This document shows, piece by piece, positions 63,905-64,000 of a stretch of 64,000 nucleotides of DNA. A program made the position numbers and the translations under genes. A model generated the notes under the pieces. It searched no databases, was not told the origin of the DNA, and worked only from the letters and a program-made list of their open reading frames with translations. How positions within the stretch are numbered: the first letter of the stretch is position 1; each line of letters opens with the position of its first letter. The DNA is taken from positions 248,001-312,000 of the forward strand of contig OZ237741.1 of the NCBI GenBank assembly GCA_965178125.1, given 5' to 3'. The stretch comes from Bilabrum cf. latius. Lineage: Eukaryota.

Positions 63905-64000
63905 GTCGATGGCTATACCTGCAATCTTCTGTATCAACGGGTAAGCCCTTTTGAAAATCACGCTTCCTCTTTCTTGGCTTCCCCAGACTTGTCGGCGGCA

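Noticed and set aside
1-64000. Mass pseudogenisation, C-to-T deamination/RIP or sequencing error as the source of internal TAGs
   Set aside because: Such processes would also turn CAA into TAA and CGA into TGA, or cause frameshifts. CAA and CGA codons are common here, yet no internal TAA/TGA or frameshift was seen, and catalytic motifs are intact.
1-64000. Pyrrolysine, A-to-I editing (UAG to UGG, Trp) or programmed leaky readthrough
   Set aside because: TAG falls at a Gln column and in a poly-Gln tract, not at Trp positions. It occurs dozens of times per gene and in tandem, with no shared downstream context. No pyl genes are present. U-to-C editing cannot be formally excluded without RNA data.
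1-64000. Prokaryotic or amber-recoded phage origin
   Set aside because: Spliceosomal GT-AG introns and eukaryote-specific genes (RanGAP, NAE1, XRN1, CDC50) show this is nuclear DNA. No tRNA-CUA or eRF1 gene was recognised within this window.

Overview
GC-rich, gene-dense nuclear DNA from a flagellated protist. It holds about 22 protein genes, has short GT-AG introns concentrated near 5' ends, and shows no RNA genes, mobile elements or CRISPR arrays. The main result is that the ORF track is fragmented by in-frame TAG codons that are not stops. Consecutive ORF fragments stay in frame across TAG, and conserved domains continue past it (XRN1, RanGAP, PanC, NAE1, PRODH, YchF, FDXR, kinase). TAG occupies an invariant Gln in PanC and sits inside a CAG/CAA poly-Gln tract. 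Every complete gene model ends in TAA or TGA. The organism therefore appears to use a rare decoupled nuclear code: UAG=Gln, with UAA/UGA as stops (equivalent to NCBI table 15). Re-reading with this code reveals a 4,524-aa and a roughly 2,200-aa single-exon gene. Independently of the code, the window also has a head-to-head ferredoxin reductase/ferredoxin pair, a probable 4-nt micro-exon and an ATG-only first exon. All models and counts were made by hand. Family assignments come from motif recognition, not database searches, and the taxon cannot be determined from this window.
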